Positions 1 through 10,588 of a stretch of 37,005 nucleotides of DNA are shown here, in pieces. The notes beneath the pieces were generated by a model. That model saw nothing but the letters and a program-made list of their open reading frames with translations. It searched no databases and had not been told where the DNA came from. The stretch lies in assembly GCA_017552845.1 (NCBI GenBank), contig JAFZOE010000239.1, positions 1 to 37,005 on the forward strand, read 5' to 3'. The translations under genes were made by a program, and so were the position numbers. Source of the stretch: Clostridia bacterium (lineage in GTDB: Bacteria > Bacillota > Clostridia > Oscillospirales > Acutalibacteraceae). How positions within the stretch are numbered: position 1 is the first letter of the stretch; the number at the start of each line of letters is the position of its first letter.

Positions 1-1206
1 AAAAACGGTTTTCATTCCGTCTTTACCGATAATCAGCTTGAGAAGGCCTGTCGGCTGATATCTGGTATTGAACCAGAAATTTCCGAGCGAATATATAACG
101 GGAACTCCCCTGTAGAATTCGAATCCCTGTAAAATATGCGGATGCCCTCCGACTACTGCGTCTGCTCCCGCGTCAATCCACTTTTTGCTGTTTGCAAGCT
201 GTGCGTTTGTGAGCGATGTTGTGCTTTCAATTCCCCAGTGCGGATATGCGATTACATAGTCGCAGGTCGTTTTTGCTTTGCGGATTGCCTCCTCCATTCC
301 TTTGCCGTTATCGTATGAACCGAGAATTCCGTATGATTCTTCGGTCGCGACGGGTGTTTTGATGGGCGATTCAACTCCGCAGCAGGCGAGATAGCCGACC
401 TTGTAGCCGTTTATGATGAACGTAGCGGGGCGCGAGGCCTCCTCATAATTCATACCCGCGCCGACCCAGGGAATGCCGGCGTTTTTAAGCGTCGTGAGCG
501 TATCCTCAAAAGATTCGGGGCCGTAGTCGCTCGCATGATTATTTGCGAGAGAAACGAGATCCACTCCGAGCTCAACCATATATTTGACATATTCGGGATT
601 CGCGTGAAACGTGTATTTTTTGCCGGGAGTCGGTGCGCCGCGGTTTGTATAGGGAAATTCGTTATTCACGAGCAGTATATCCGCCGCGCGCATCTCTTCC
701 TGAAAAGTTTCGTCAATGCAGTCGAGCACGCCGTTCGGCATATTCTTCGCATGAGTCATCACATAGCCGGTTTCGGTAAAGTTTATATCGCCCGTAAAGC
801 CGAGAGTGAATTCATCTTTGCCGTTATTTCCTAGGTCTTTGCTCTCGAGCGTGACATATCTGTCAATCAGCGAATTCAGCGTATATCCGGTCAGCTCGTG
901 CCACAGCGAATCGGTATAATTCCCCTCTTCGGCAGCGGTTTTCAGTGATTTCAGCTGCTCTTTATCAAGATTTTCAAGAAAATCGGCGGTGATTTCGCGC
1001 CGCGTGATGTTTGAGAGCTGTTGAGCGAGTTTATCGGTATTCACCGACGAGGAAAGAGTTTTGTTCTGAGCGGAGGTGGCCGCCTGTGAATCGGGAGCCG
1101 TAAAAGTCGGCACCGAACGGTGAAGAGTGACCGAAACAATAACCGCAATTACGGTCAGAATCGCGAGCGCAAGACAGATTGCCGCCGCAGTATTCTTTTT
1201 CTTCAA
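1..1206 (-). CDS. CapA (PGA_cap)-family metallophosphoesterase-like protein with N-terminal membrane anchor; truncated by the window edge
   Basis: Not in the ORF track because it has no stop inside the window. TTG start at 1206 follows GGAGG. The frame is open to base 1 and reads FTGDIN, NNEF, LANNHASDYG, YPHWGIE, GADAVVGGHPH, YSLGNF, which are typical CapA motifs. Confidence 0.88.
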   Translation of the reverse strand, partial: MKKKNTAAAICLALAILTVIAVIVSVTLHRSVPTFTAPDSQAATSAQNKTLSSSVNTDKLAQQLSNITRREITADFLENLDKEQLKSLKTAAEEGNYTDSLWHELTGYTLNSLIDRYVTLESKDLGNNGKDEFTLGFTGDINFTETGYVMTHAKNMPNGVLDCIDETFQEEMRAADILLVNNEFPYTNRGAPTPGKKYTFHANPEYVKYMVELGVDLVSLANNHASDYGPESFEDTLTTLKNAGIPWVGAGMNYEEASRPATFIINGYKVGYLACCGVESPIKTPVATEESYGILGSYDNGKGMEEAIRKAKTTCDYVIAYPHWGIESTTSLTNAQLANSKKWIDAGADAVVGGHPHILQGFEFYRGVPVIYSLGNFWFNTRYQPTGLLKLIIGKDGMKTVF

Positions 1207-1209
1207 TTT

Positions 1210-2085
1210 TTAATCCTCCAGAGCGGAAAGCGCCTTTGCTATCGCGCCGAGATCCTCTTTGCTGTTGAATGCTATCTCGAGAGTTCCCGATTCCTTTTTA
1301 CCTTTTGTAATGACTCTGGCCTTACGACCGAGAGCACTTGATAATGCCAGTTCGACCTCATCAAAATAGGCAATGCGCTTTGAGGCGGGCTTTTCGGGGG
1401 CCTGCTTCTTTTCTTTTCCGAAGTTTTTGGCGAGTTTTTCGGCCTCTCTGACCGAAAGCCCCTTTTCTGCTATGATTTCAGCGGCGGCGATTATATTCTT
1501 ATCGCCCTCTATGCCGGCAATCGCTTTCGCGTGGCCTGCCGAGAGACGGCCGTCGCGGACCATTTCCACCACTTTTTTGGGTAATTTTATGATTCTGAGC
1601 GCATTTGTGACCGAAACTCTGGATTTACCGACCTTCTGAGCCGCTTCCTCCTGAGTCAGTCCGTATTTCTTTATAAGCTCCTCATAGCCGTATGCCTCTT
1701 CGACCGGATTGAGGTTTTCTCTCTGCAGATTCTCGATAAGCGTGATAACTGCCGCTTCCTCATCGGTCAGCGCTTTGATGATTACGGGAACCTCGGTCAG
1801 CCCCGCCGTCCTCGCGGCCCTGAAGCGTCTCTCGCCCGCGATAAGCTGATATCCGCCGTTTACGAGCGGGCGCACGAGCAGCGGCTGAAGCACGCCGTGC
1901 TGAGCTATTGAATCGGCAAGCTCGGAAATTGCGTCTTCATCAAAATCTTTCCTCGCCTGCGCTTTGTTTGGTTTGATTTCGGATAATTTGAGCGTTACCG
2001 CCGAAGCATTGTCCGCGCTCTGGGCGGAATTGTCGCCGAATAATTCTTCAAGTCCCCTGCCGAGACCGCCTTTTTTAGCTGCCAT
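1210..2085 (-). CDS. parB: ParB/Spo0J chromosome partitioning protein
   Basis: GLGRGL N-terminus, GVLQPLLVR, IAGERRFRAA, ENLQRENLNPVEEA and HTH; lies downstream of parA. Confidence 0.97.
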   Translation of the reverse strand: MAAKKGGLGRGLEELFGDNSAQSADNASAVTLKLSEIKPNKAQARKDFDEDAISELADSIAQHGVLQPLLVRPLVNGGYQLIAGERRFRAARTAGLTEVPVIIKALTDEEAAVITLIENLQRENLNPVEEAYGYEELIKKYGLTQEEAAQKVGKSRVSVTNALRIIKLPKKVVEMVRDGRLSAGHAKAIAGIEGDKNIIAAAEIIAEKGLSVREAEKLAKNFGKEKKQAPEKPASKRIAYFDEVELALSSALGRKARVITKGKKESGTLEIAFNSKEDLGAIAKALSALED

Positions 2086-2096
2086 ATCAATTCTCC

Positions 2097-2861
2097 TTAT
2101 CTGTTGCTCTTCAGAAATTCCTCGGCGAGCTTTTCATAAGCTTTCGCGCCCTTTGAGGATTTATCGTAATACATTACCGGCTCGCCGAAGCTCGGCGCCT
2201 CCGATAGGCGGACGTTGCGGGGAATAAAGGTCGAATAGACCTTTTTGGGGAAGCATTTCTTGACCTCATCGACAACCTGCTGGGTCAGATTCAGGCGCGA
2301 ATCATACATGGTCAGCAGAATTCCCTCGATATCGATATAGGGATTATACACTCTCTTGACCGTGCGGATGGTCGAAATAAGCTGTGACAGTCCTTCGAGA
2401 GCATAGAATTCGCACTGAATAGGTACAAGCACGGTCTGCGATGCGCACAGGCAGTTGAGGGTAATCAGACCGAGCGAAGGGGGACAGTCAATAATTATGA
2501 AATCATACTCCCCTCCTATAAGCACAAGCGCGTTTTTGAGACGGCTCTCGCGCTTTTCAATCTCCGCGAGCTCGATTTCCGCGCCGGCGAGGTCCATTCC
2601 CGAAGGAATCACGGATACGCCTTTGAATTTCGTCTCGATTACGGCATCCTTTGCGGCGCAGTTGCCGATTAAGATATCATAAGAGGTTTTTTCGACCTCT
2701 CTCTTGTTTATTCCGTAGCCGCTGGTCGAATTTCCCTGCGGATCCGAGTCAACGAGCAGGACTTTTTTGCCCTTCGCTCCGAGAGCGGCGGCGAGATTGA
2801 CGGCGGTCGTCGTTTTTCCGACTCCGCCCTTCTGATTTGCGACTGCCACGATTTTTGTCAT
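2097..2861 (-). CDS. parA: ParA/Soj ATPase
   Basis: [11 protein letters not shown] deviant Walker [29 protein letters not shown]. Start moved to ATG 2861 (MTKIVAV), which follows AGGGGG. Confidence 0.96.
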   Translation of the reverse strand: MTKIVAVANQKGGVGKTTTAVNLAAALGAKGKKVLLVDSDPQGNSTSGYGINKREVEKTSYDILIGNCAAKDAVIETKFKGVSVIPSGMDLAGAEIELAEIEKRESRLKNALVLIGGEYDFIIIDCPPSLGLITLNCLCASQTVLVPIQCEFYALEGLSQLISTIRTVKRVYNPYIDIEGILLTMYDSRLNLTQQVVDEVKKCFPKKVYSTFIPRNVRLSEAPSFGEPVMYYDKSSKGAKAYEKLAEEFLKSNR

Positions 2862-2891
2862 TTTTATACCCCCTGATAGGTTACTGCACCG

Positions 2892-2900
2892 ATTATAACA
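2892..2900 (-). promoter_or_regulatory. Extended -10 element (TGtTATAAT) of the putative parAB promoter
   Basis: Minus strand reads TGTTATAAT about 30 nt upstream of the parA ATG, in an AT-rich stretch after the rsmG terminator. Confidence 0.55.
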
Positions 2901-2932
2901 TAAGAAAAAGTAAAATAAAAGTATATTTTTAT

Positions 2933-2964
2933 AAAAATAAGGAACACCCCCGCAGGAGTGTTCC
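2933..2964 (-). terminator. Intrinsic terminator downstream of rsmG, overlapping parS
   Basis: Minus strand GGAACACTCC-TGCG-GGGGTGTTCC-TTATTTTT. Confidence 0.7.
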
Positions 2965-2974
2965 ACGTGAAACA
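2959..2974. promoter_or_regulatory. parS: parS centromere site
   Basis: TGTTCCACGTGAAACA is an exact match to the TGTTNCACGTGAAACA consensus and lies next to parAB. Confidence 0.95.
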
Positions 2975-2980
2975 TATTTA

Positions 2981-3694
2981 TCAAAGAGGCTGTTTTGCAA
3001 TCTGAGCAAACGGTCTCGGGTATTTTGCGGGAGTCGGAGCGACTTTTTTGATTATAACCAGCTTTCTGGTCGCGCCGTCTGTCAGCTCGATATCCTTGAT
3101 GAGCTCGAGCTCTCCGCCGAGGGTTTTGATTGCGTTTGCCGCCGCGGTGACCTCTTCCTCTGTCTTTTCGCTCTTCATCGCTATAAACTTTCCGCCGACC
3201 TTGACGAATGGCAGGCAGTATTCGCAGAGAGTGCCGAGCGAGGCGACTGCGCGGGAGACTGCATAATCATACTGCTCTCTCTCGGAGTGCTTTGCCGCGA
3301 TTTCTTCGGCTCTGCCGTGAACTACTCTTGCTTTGAGACCGAGGGCGTTGACCGCATCATTGACATAGTTGAGCTTTTTATTGGTTGAATCAAGCAGGGT
3401 GAGGTTTATATCGGGGCTCATGATAAGAAGGGGAATTCCCGGAAAGCCCGCGCCCGTGCCGATATCGATGACTTTTATGCCCGCTTTTATATCGGCGGCG
3501 GCAGTCACGCTGACGCTGTCTGCAAAATGCTTGACCGCGATTCCGTCGGGATCGGTGATTGCGGTTAAGTTCAGCACCTTGTTTTTGTCAATCAGCATAC
3601 CCGCGAGTTTATCGAATCTTTCAATCTGCTTTTCGGTGATTTCTTTCTGCAGCTTCGCCGCATTCTGAAGAAATAGTTCCGCGTTAAATCTCAT
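2981..3694 (-). CDS. rsmG: 16S rRNA m7G527 methyltransferase RsmG (GidB)
   Basis: [31 protein letters not shown]. Start is probably ATG 3694 after AAGGAG, overlapping the mnmG end. Confidence 0.96.
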   Translation of the reverse strand: MRFNAELFLQNAAKLQKEITEKQIERFDKLAGMLIDKNKVLNLTAITDPDGIAVKHFADSVSVTAAADIKAGIKVIDIGTGAGFPGIPLLIMSPDINLTLLDSTNKKLNYVNDAVNALGLKARVVHGRAEEIAAKHSEREQYDYAVSRAVASLGTLCEYCLPFVKVGGKFIAMKSEKTEEEVTAAANAIKTLGGELELIKDIELTDGATRKLVIIKKVAPTPAKYPRPFAQIAKQPL

Positions 3695-5561
3695 TTCGTC
3701 TGCTCCTTTCAAGCCATATTATCAAAACATTTATATCGGCAGGGGAGACGCCCGAAATTCTTGACGCCTGGCCCACTGTCTCCGGCCTGGTTGCTCCGAG
3801 CTTTTCTATCGCTTCAAGGCGCAGTCCCGTTATCTGAGAATAATCAATATCTTCGGGTATTCTCTGCACTTCGAGGCGCTTCATCTCGGAAATCTGCTGC
3901 TGCTGTCTCTTGAGGTAACCCTCATACTTTATATCTATCTCAACCTGCTCGCAGACATCTGAGGGCAGATCGGGTCTGTCCGGATCAAACGGGGCGAGCA
4001 GATCGTAATCAACGAGCGGGCGCTTGAGAAGCTCCGCCATTTTCATCCCTTTTTCGAGCGGGACTGTTCCACGTGAAACAAGCGCCGCGTCGAGCTCGGG
4101 AGATTTCTTTATTGATACTTCTTTGACGCGCTCATGCTCGGCCTCAATCATTTCGAGTTTCTTTTTGAATTTTTCATATCTTTCCTCAGAAATCAGGCCG
4201 GCTCTGTAGCCGTATTCCGTGAGGCGCCTGTCGGCGTTATCCTGCCTGAGAATCAGGCGGTATTCGCTGCGACTCGTCATCATTCTGTAAGGGTCCTTGC
4301 AGCCTTTTGTGACGAGGTCGTCAATCAGTGTGCCGATATATGAGGTTGTGCGGTCGAGAATCATCGGCTCTTTGCCGAGAATTTTAAGCGCCGCGTTGAC
4401 TCCCGCGACAAGTCCCTGGGCCGCCGCCTCCTCATATCCGCTCGAGCCGTTGAACTGCCCCGCGCCGTAGAGACCGGGGAAATCCTTGAATTCGAGAGTC
4501 TGCCTCAGCGCAAGCGGATCGACGCAGTCGTATTCAATCGCATAGGCGGTGCGCAGGAATTCCGCTTTTTCGAGTCCGGGTATGCTGTGAACTATTTTAA
4601 GCTGGACATCCTCGGGGAGCGAGGACGAAAGGCCCTGAAGATACATTTCATCCGTCTTCATGCCGCAGGGCTCAACAAATATCTGATGCCTCTCCTTATC
4701 GGAGAAGCGGACTATCTTATCCTCAATGCTCGGGCAGTATCTCGGCCCGACGCCGTCTATTTTTCCCGAATAGAGAGGGGAGCGGTGAAGATTATCGAGA
4801 ATTATGCGCTTGGTTTCTTCGCCGGTATATGCTATATAACAAGGCTGCTTGTTTTCAACCTCGCATAATTCCAAAAAAGAAAAATGAGTAATTTTTTCAT
4901 CGCCGTATTGCGGTTCGAGTGAATCCGTGTCAACGCTACGGCAGTTTACGCGCGGGGGAGTGCCGGTTTTGAATCTGCGGGTGGGAACTCCGAGCTTTTT
5001 CAGAGCCTTCGCGAGCTCGGTCGCGGGGAACATCCCGTCGGGTCCGCTTTCGTATGAAACATCGCCCACATAGACTCTGCCCGCGAGGAATGTGCCCGTG
5101 GCGATAATCACCGCTTTTGCGCGGTGGACTGCCTCAAGATGGGTAGTCAGCACCCATTCATCGCCGTCTTTATATAAATCCGTGATTTCCGCCTGGCGCA
5201 GGAACAGGTTTTCCTGCTTTTCGAGCGTGCCCTTCATATAATCCGAATAGGCGCGGCGGTCAATCTGCGCTCTGAGAGAGTGAACGGCGGGGCCTTTACC
5301 GAGATTGAGCATACGGGATTGAATCGTATTATAATCTGCCGCGATTCCCATTTCGCCGCCGAGAGCGTCGATTTCACGCACCAGATGGCCCTTGGAAGTG
5401 CCGCCGATTGAGGGATTGCAGGGCATATTGCCGACCCAGTCAAGATTTATCGTGAATACGGCAGTTCTGCATCCGAGGCGCGCAGAGGCAAGCCCCGCCT
5501 CAATTCCGGCGTGACCTGCTCCGATAACGGCTATATCGAAATTTTCTCCGTCATATTTCAT
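3684..5561 (-). CDS. mnmG: tRNA uridine-5-carboxymethylaminomethyl modification enzyme MnmG (GidA)
   Basis: [57 protein letters not shown]. Confidence 0.98.
   Translation of the reverse strand: MKYDGENFDIAVIGAGHAGIEAGLASARLGCRTAVFTINLDWVGNMPCNPSIGGTSKGHLVREIDALGGEMGIAADYNTIQSRMLNLGKGPAVHSLRAQIDRRAYSDYMKGTLEKQENLFLRQAEITDLYKDGDEWVLTTHLEAVHRAKAVIIATGTFLAGRVYVGDVSYESGPDGMFPATELAKALKKLGVPTRRFKTGTPPRVNCRSVDTDSLEPQYGDEKITHFSFLELCEVENKQPCYIAYTGEETKRIILDNLHRSPLYSGKIDGVGPRYCPSIEDKIVRFSDKERHQIFVEPCGMKTDEMYLQGLSSSLPEDVQLKIVHSIPGLEKAEFLRTAYAIEYDCVDPLALRQTLEFKDFPGLYGAGQFNGSSGYEEAAAQGLVAGVNAALKILGKEPMILDRTTSYIGTLIDDLVTKGCKDPYRMMTSRSEYRLILRQDNADRRLTEYGYRAGLISEERYEKFKKKLEMIEAEHERVKEVSIKKSPELDAALVSRGTVPLEKGMKMAELLKRPLVDYDLLAPFDPDRPDLPSDVCEQVEIDIKYEGYLKRQQQQISEMKRLEVQRIPEDIDYSQITGLRLEAIEKLGATRPETVGQASRISGVSPADINVLIIWLERSRRNEI
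4065..4080. promoter_or_regulatory. parS: Second parS site, inside mnmG
   Basis: TGTTCCACGTGAAACA, identical to the copy at 2959-2974. Confidence 0.9.
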
Positions 5562-6129
5562 AGGTATGTTTGCAGACCTCTTTTATCTTTTCCTGAAGCG
5601 CGAGGAAATCCTCGAGCGCCGCGGGCTTGTTATTCGGGTTTCTCAGCAGGGCGGCGGGGTGGAAGGTTCCCATAAAGAGAATTCCGCCTTTTTCAATGAA
5701 CTGACCGTGCTGAACCGTTACCTTGAAATCCTTGGAAATCAGGCGTTTCGCGGATATTCTGCCGAGGCAGACCATGATTTTGGGGCGGATAAGCCTCGTC
5801 TGCTCGCGCAGCCACTCGATACAGCAATCCTGCTCCTCTTCGCTCGGATCCCTGTTTTCGGGCGGGCGGCATTTAACCATATTCGCGATATAGATATTCT
5901 TATGCCTGTCGAGATTTATATGCTCAAGGTATTTGTCGAGAAGCTGACCGCCTCTGCCGACGAAAGGCTCGCCCTGCATATCCTCGTTGTAGCCGGGGCC
6001 TTCGCCGATAAACATAACCTCCGCCTTTTCGTTTCCGACTCCGAAAACGAGATTTGTCCTCGTATCGGCGAGCGCGCATCTGCGGCAGGCGCTGCAGTCT
6101 TTTTTGAGTGATTCCCAGTCTTTATACAT
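5551..6129 (-). CDS. Uracil-DNA glycosylase, family 4 (Fe-S)
   Basis: Cxx[29 protein letters not shown]. Confidence 0.93.
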   Translation of the reverse strand: MYKDWESLKKDCSACRRCALADTRTNLVFGVGNEKAEVMFIGEGPGYNEDMQGEPFVGRGGQLLDKYLEHINLDRHKNIYIANMVKCRPPENRDPSEEEQDCCIEWLREQTRLIRPKIMVCLGRISAKRLISKDFKVTVQHGQFIEKGGILFMGTFHPAALLRNPNNKPAALEDFLALQEKIKEVCKHTYEI

Positions 6130-7024
6130 TTTCTCTCATCCTCCGCCTGAAAATTCGTCTGCTTTCCGCGGCGTCAAGCTGAATCCGGTTGCTCAGCGCC
6201 TCGTCGGAATTGAATCTTATCTCATCTCTGATGCGGTCAAGCAGGCGCACCTCAAGATTCTGCCCGTAGAGATTGCCGTCAAAGCCGATTATGCAGGTTT
6301 CGCTCCTGAAATCGTTATTTTCATAAGTCGGACGGTATCCGATATTCGTAACCGACGGGTATTCTCTGCCGTCAATGACCGTAACCGAAGCATATACTCC
6401 CGCTTTCGGAATGCAGAAGCCCCCGTCGAAATACTGATTGATTGTCGGCGCGCCGAGCAGACGCCCGCGCTGAAAGCCGCTTCGCACAACGCTTTTATAT
6501 CTGAATTCATATCCGAGCAGGCGGTTGGCCTCGCGGATATTTCCGCTCTGAATGCATTTTCTGATTCTCGACGAATTGACGGGTGAATTCCTGTATTTCA
6601 CAATCGGCACGCATTCAAAGCCGACGCCGTGTTTTTTGCATAGTTTTTCGAGAGTGGCGCAGTTTCCCGCGCCGAATCTGCCGAAGGTATAATTTTCTCC
6701 GCAGCAGACGAAGCCGGCGCCGAGGTTTTTAAGCACGATTTTCTCAAAGAATTCTTCGGGCGTATAATTTCTTATTTCCGAAAAAGAAATTACGCTTGTC
6801 TTTGCGCCTGCTTTTTCAAGCGCTTCTATCCTTAAATCATCCTGCAGCAGGCAGTCCGGAGCTTTGCCCGAGAGAGTCAGCAGGGGATGCGAGTCGAAAA
6901 GCATCACAAGAGGAATAAGCCCACGCTCCTTTTGGGAAAGAGCGCAGGCGATAACGGCTTTATGACCTTTGTGAAGACCGTCAAAGGTGCCGAGCGCCAG
7001 AGCGGTTTTAGCTTTCCGAGCCAT
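6122..7024 (-). CDS. ribF: Bifunctional riboflavin kinase / FAD synthetase
   Basis: LGTFDGLHKGH, GENYTFG, SSRIR, RGRLLGAPTIN, NIGYRPT, IRDEIRF. Confidence 0.93.
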   Translation of the reverse strand: MARKAKTALALGTFDGLHKGHKAVIACALSQKERGLIPLVMLFDSHPLLTLSGKAPDCLLQDDLRIEALEKAGAKTSVISFSEIRNYTPEEFFEKIVLKNLGAGFVCCGENYTFGRFGAGNCATLEKLCKKHGVGFECVPIVKYRNSPVNSSRIRKCIQSGNIREANRLLGYEFRYKSVVRSGFQRGRLLGAPTINQYFDGGFCIPKAGVYASVTVIDGREYPSVTNIGYRPTYENNDFRSETCIIGFDGNLYGQNLEVRLLDRIRDEIRFNSDEALSNRIQLDAAESRRIFRRRMRENV

Positions 7025-7036
7025 TTTTCACTTCCG

Positions 7037-8857
7037 TTATTTCTTTTTGAACTGCTGCTTCATTCTCTGCTCCTTGGAGAGAATTCTCTTGCGAAGGCGC
7101 AGGGATTTGGGCGTGACTTCAAGCAGCTCGTCATCCTTGATGAATTCCATGCACTGCTCAAGGCTGAGAGTGCTGGGCGGAACAAGGCGCAGAGCTTCGT
7201 CCGAGCCGCTTGCGCGGGTATTCGTCAGATGCTTCAGCTTGCAGACGTTGCAGGTGACATCTTCGTTCTTGGCGCATTCGCCGATTATCATACCCTCATA
7301 AACGTCCACGCCGGGGCCGATGAAGAGACGGCCTCTGTCCTGAGTGTTGAAAAGTCCGTATGCCGAGGTCACGCCGGTCTCGTGAACAACTATCGAGCCG
7401 CGCTCCCTCGTCTGAATATCGCCTTTCCAGGGCTCATAGCCGTTGAAAAGCTGATTCATAATGCCGTTGCCGTTTGTATCGGTCATAAACTCCGAGCGGT
7501 AACCGATGAGACCGCGGGAGGGGATTTTGAATTCGAGATGGGATGAGCCGCCTTCACGCGAGCCCATATTCTCAAGCTCGCCCTTGCGGGAGCCGAGTTT
7601 TTCAATGACGATGCCGACATACTGCTCGGGAACTTCGACTATAAGAAGCTCCATCGGCTCGTAGGTCTTGCCCTCGATTTCCTTGAGAATAACCTTCGGG
7701 CGCGAGACCTGGAATTCATAGCCCTGGCGGCGCATTGTCTCGATCAGAATCGAAAGCGAGAGTTCGCCTCTGCCCGAAACCTTGAAGGTATCGGTGGTCT
7801 CTGTCTCCTCGACGCGCATACTCACATTTGTTTCGACCTCTTTGAAGAGGCGGTCGCGTATATTTCTCGAGGTGACGAATTTGCCCTCTTTGCCCGCGAA
7901 CGGGCTGTCGTTGACGATGAAATTCATCGCGATTGTGGGTTCGTCTATTTTGATGAACGGCAGAGGCTCAATGCATTCGGGATCGCAGAGCGTCTCGCCG
8001 ATATTGAGGCCCTCGATACCGCTCACGCAGATTATGTCGCCTGCCTCGGCCTCCTCGCATTCCACTCTCTTGAGGCCTTCAAACTGATACAGGCGCGATA
8101 TCTTCACATTCTGCTGAGTGCCGTCTGTTTTGCAGAGCACGCAGTTTTCGTTCTTCTTAATCCTGCCGCGCTCCATTCTGCCGATGCCGATTCTGCCGAT
8201 ATAATCATCGTAATCGAGCGAGGAGAAAAGGCACTGCAGAGCGCCGTCGGGGTCGCCTCCGGGCGGGTCGATATGCTCTAAGATTGCGTCAAAGAGCGGG
8301 CGCATATCGCCTTCCCTGTCATTCGGGTCAAGGGATGAATAGCCGTCTCTCGCGCTGGCATAGACGACCGGGAATTCGAGCTGATCCTCCTCGGCGCCGA
8401 GGTCGATGAAAAGATCCAGCACTTCATCAACTACTTCATCGGGGCGGGCGTTGGGCCTGTCTATCTTGTTTATGACGACAAGTATTTCCTTCTTGAGATT
8501 GAGCGCCTTTTTGAGAACGAATCTTGTCTGGGGCATACAGCCCTCAAAAGCGTCAACGAGCAGGAGCACGCCGTCAACCATCATCAGGATACGCTCAACC
8601 TCGCCTCCGAAATCGGCGTGGCCGGGGGTGTCGACGATGTTGATTTTTGTATTCTTATAGTGAATTGAAGTGTTTTTGGATAATATCGTGATGCCTCTCT
8701 CGCGCTCGAGGTCGTTTGAATCCATGACTCTCTCGGCGACCTGCTCGTTTTCCCTGAAAGTTCCGCTCTGGCGGAGCATCTGGTCGACGAGGGTGGTCTT
8801 GCCGTGGTCAACGTGCGCGATGATGGCTATATTTCTTAAATCTTTTTTCTGGGACAT
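7037..8857 (-). CDS. typA: Translational GTPase TypA/BipA
   Basis: [53 protein letters not shown]. Start is probably ATG 8857 after AGGTGAT. Confidence 0.98.
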   Translation of the reverse strand: MSQKKDLRNIAIIAHVDHGKTTLVDQMLRQSGTFRENEQVAERVMDSNDLERERGITILSKNTSIHYKNTKINIVDTPGHADFGGEVERILMMVDGVLLLVDAFEGCMPQTRFVLKKALNLKKEILVVINKIDRPNARPDEVVDEVLDLFIDLGAEEDQLEFPVVYASARDGYSSLDPNDREGDMRPLFDAILEHIDPPGGDPDGALQCLFSSLDYDDYIGRIGIGRMERGRIKKNENCVLCKTDGTQQNVKISRLYQFEGLKRVECEEAEAGDIICVSGIEGLNIGETLCDPECIEPLPFIKIDEPTIAMNFIVNDSPFAGKEGKFVTSRNIRDRLFKEVETNVSMRVEETETTDTFKVSGRGELSLSILIETMRRQGYEFQVSRPKVILKEIEGKTYEPMELLIVEVPEQYVGIVIEKLGSRKGELENMGSREGGSSHLEFKIPSRGLIGYRSEFMTDTNGNGIMNQLFNGYEPWKGDIQTRERGSIVVHETGVTSAYGLFNTQDRGRLFIGPGVDVYEGMIIGECAKNEDVTCNVCKLKHLTNTRASGSDEALRLVPPSTLSLEQCMEFIKDDELLEVTPKSLRLRKRILSKEQRMKQQFKKK

Positions 8858-8882
8858 GGGTATCACCTGGTTTGGAATTTGA

Positions 8883-10376
8883 TTATTCTTCGATTACTAT
8901 ACCTTCGGCTTCGCGTTTCGCTTTGAGCTCGCTGACTATTCTCTCCTTCTCCTTGCCGGAAATCTTATAGAAGAACATCGGCAGGGCGCAGAGCAGCAGG
9001 CTTACGCCGGGGATGACGGAAACGAGCGAGAACACTGCGAAATTCTGGGCGTGGGTGAGGTCGGTGGCAGCCTTGATTGCCGTGGATGAAAGCATCTCGG
9101 CGGGCTGGAAGCCGATAATCATATACATTACGATAATGCCGCTGGTCGAGAGGGCATTGCCGATTTTGTTGATGAATCCGCTGATTGCGGAGCCGAGGCC
9201 GTTGTCTCTGAAGCCGGTCGTGAGCTCCATATAGTCGAGGCAGTCGCAGATCATCGCGAATGTCAGGACATTGATAACGCCGAGCGGGATGCAGGAAATA
9301 ATTATGAACGGGATGCAGATATAGAGATTGCTGGTAAACCAGCCGATGAGGGTGGTGCCGACGCTGGCAACCGCGCCTGCGAGGCAGGTCGTGATGAGAA
9401 TTTTCTTATAGTCGAATTTCTTCATCATCTTGGGCATGAACAGCATCGCGCCGAACATACCGACTATTGCGCAGACCTGGAAAATGGTCTTGACCGAGGA
9501 GACGCTCGCCGAAATGGCGGCCGTTCTCTCCTCGAGAGTCATTCCGGTAAGATCCGGGCCGATATAGAAAGCGTAACGGGCAACATGGATTGCCGCCGCC
9601 TGAACCATGTATCTGCCGCTTGAGAGAACACCCATAAGCAGAACGAGCATGAGGGGTTTGCAGGTGAATACTCTCTTGAGCTGGGAGGGGTCGCCGGGCT
9701 GACGCTTCTTAACGGGAGGAACAATTCTCTCTTTTACATGGAAATAGGAGTTGATATACATGATAATGCCGATGCCGACCGTGACAATCGCGATAATGAG
9801 ATATCTCTTTTTGTCATAGGCGAGGGGATCGGCAGTGCTGATGATTTTGGGAAGGAGGAAGCCCGCCGCAAGGAAGAATATTTCGGGCAGGGCCGAGCCG
9901 ATTGAATTGATAATCTTTGTGAAGGAGATTACCGAGCCGCGCTCCTTCGCGTCGGGAGTCATTACATTCGGCAGGCACCAGAAAGGAACATCCGCCATCG
10001 TGTAGGTCATACCCCAGAGCACATAGACGACGGCCGCGAATACCATAAGGGCGGTTGCGCTCTTTATATCCGGGCTCGAATACATGAGAATAGTGAGCAC
10101 GGCTATCGGAACGGAGGCAAAGAGGATATAGGGCTTCATCTTGCCCCATTTAGTCGTCTTATGGTCGACTATCATACCCATGAGCGGGTCGTTGATGGCG
10201 TCCCAGACTCTCGCGAGCAGCATGAGCAGCAATACGAAAATCAGCGGAAGCTGAAGTATATTTACATAGTAGTCGCTGATGTAGCTCGACATCATCGCGT
10301 AAATCATACCCTGACCGCCGGCGCCCAGAGCATACATCCACAGCTCTTTTTTGCCTACATATCTTTTTTCTTCCAT
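8883..10376 (-). CDS. MFS transporter, glycoside-pentoside-hexuronide (GPH) type
   Basis: ARVWDAINDPLMG, TKWGKMKPY, many hydrophobic helices, DCLDYMELTTGFR. Start is probably ATG 10376 after GAAAGGAAG. Confidence 0.9.
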   Translation of the reverse strand: MEEKRYVGKKELWMYALGAGGQGMIYAMMSSYISDYYVNILQLPLIFVLLLMLLARVWDAINDPLMGMIVDHKTTKWGKMKPYILFASVPIAVLTILMYSSPDIKSATALMVFAAVVYVLWGMTYTMADVPFWCLPNVMTPDAKERGSVISFTKIINSIGSALPEIFFLAAGFLLPKIISTADPLAYDKKRYLIIAIVTVGIGIIMYINSYFHVKERIVPPVKKRQPGDPSQLKRVFTCKPLMLVLLMGVLSSGRYMVQAAAIHVARYAFYIGPDLTGMTLEERTAAISASVSSVKTIFQVCAIVGMFGAMLFMPKMMKKFDYKKILITTCLAGAVASVGTTLIGWFTSNLYICIPFIIISCIPLGVINVLTFAMICDCLDYMELTTGFRDNGLGSAISGFINKIGNALSTSGIIVMYMIIGFQPAEMLSSTAIKAATDLTHAQNFAVFSLVSVIPGVSLLLCALPMFFYKISGKEKERIVSELKAKREAEGIVIEE

Positions 10377-10414
10377 GCTTTTCTTCCTTTCAGATGGGAT
10401 AGCTTTTAAGAAAA

Positions 10415-10581
10415 CGGGTGTTGCAGTTAAGAAAACAGACAACATAATTGTAACCGTTTACGGTCCGTAACCCCATAAAAGTTAAACTCGCTAGGTTATG
10501 CAACTTCGCGAGTTTACACGGGCGGCAAATCGCCGCCCCAACAAATTTGTCTGTTTGTTTTTCGCTTAAATGCGACAGCCG
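10415..10581. repeat. Structured intergenic repeat element, copy 1 (MITE-like, nested inverted repeats)
   Basis: Imperfect terminal IRs GGGTGTTGCAGTTAAG and (rc) GGCTGTCGCATTTAAG; inner IR AAACAGACAA/TTGTCTGTTT; internal AAACTCGC-N16-GCGAGTTT; 28 bp identical to 25484-25511 in reverse complement. Confidence 0.75.
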
Positions 10582-10588
10582 GGGGAAA

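Noticed and set aside
2862-2984. 41-codon N-terminal extension of ParA in the ORF track
   Set aside because: It runs through parS, the terminator and the promoter; the real RBS precedes ATG 2861.
1210-5561. oriC near parAB/gidAB
   Set aside because: No dnaA/dnaN and no cluster of TTATCCACA boxes was seen.
10449-10462. LacI/cre-like palindrome TGTAACCGTTTACG upstream of the GPH transporter
   Set aside because: Imperfect, lies inside the repeat element, and no LacI regulator or clear promoter is adjacent; it cannot be supported.
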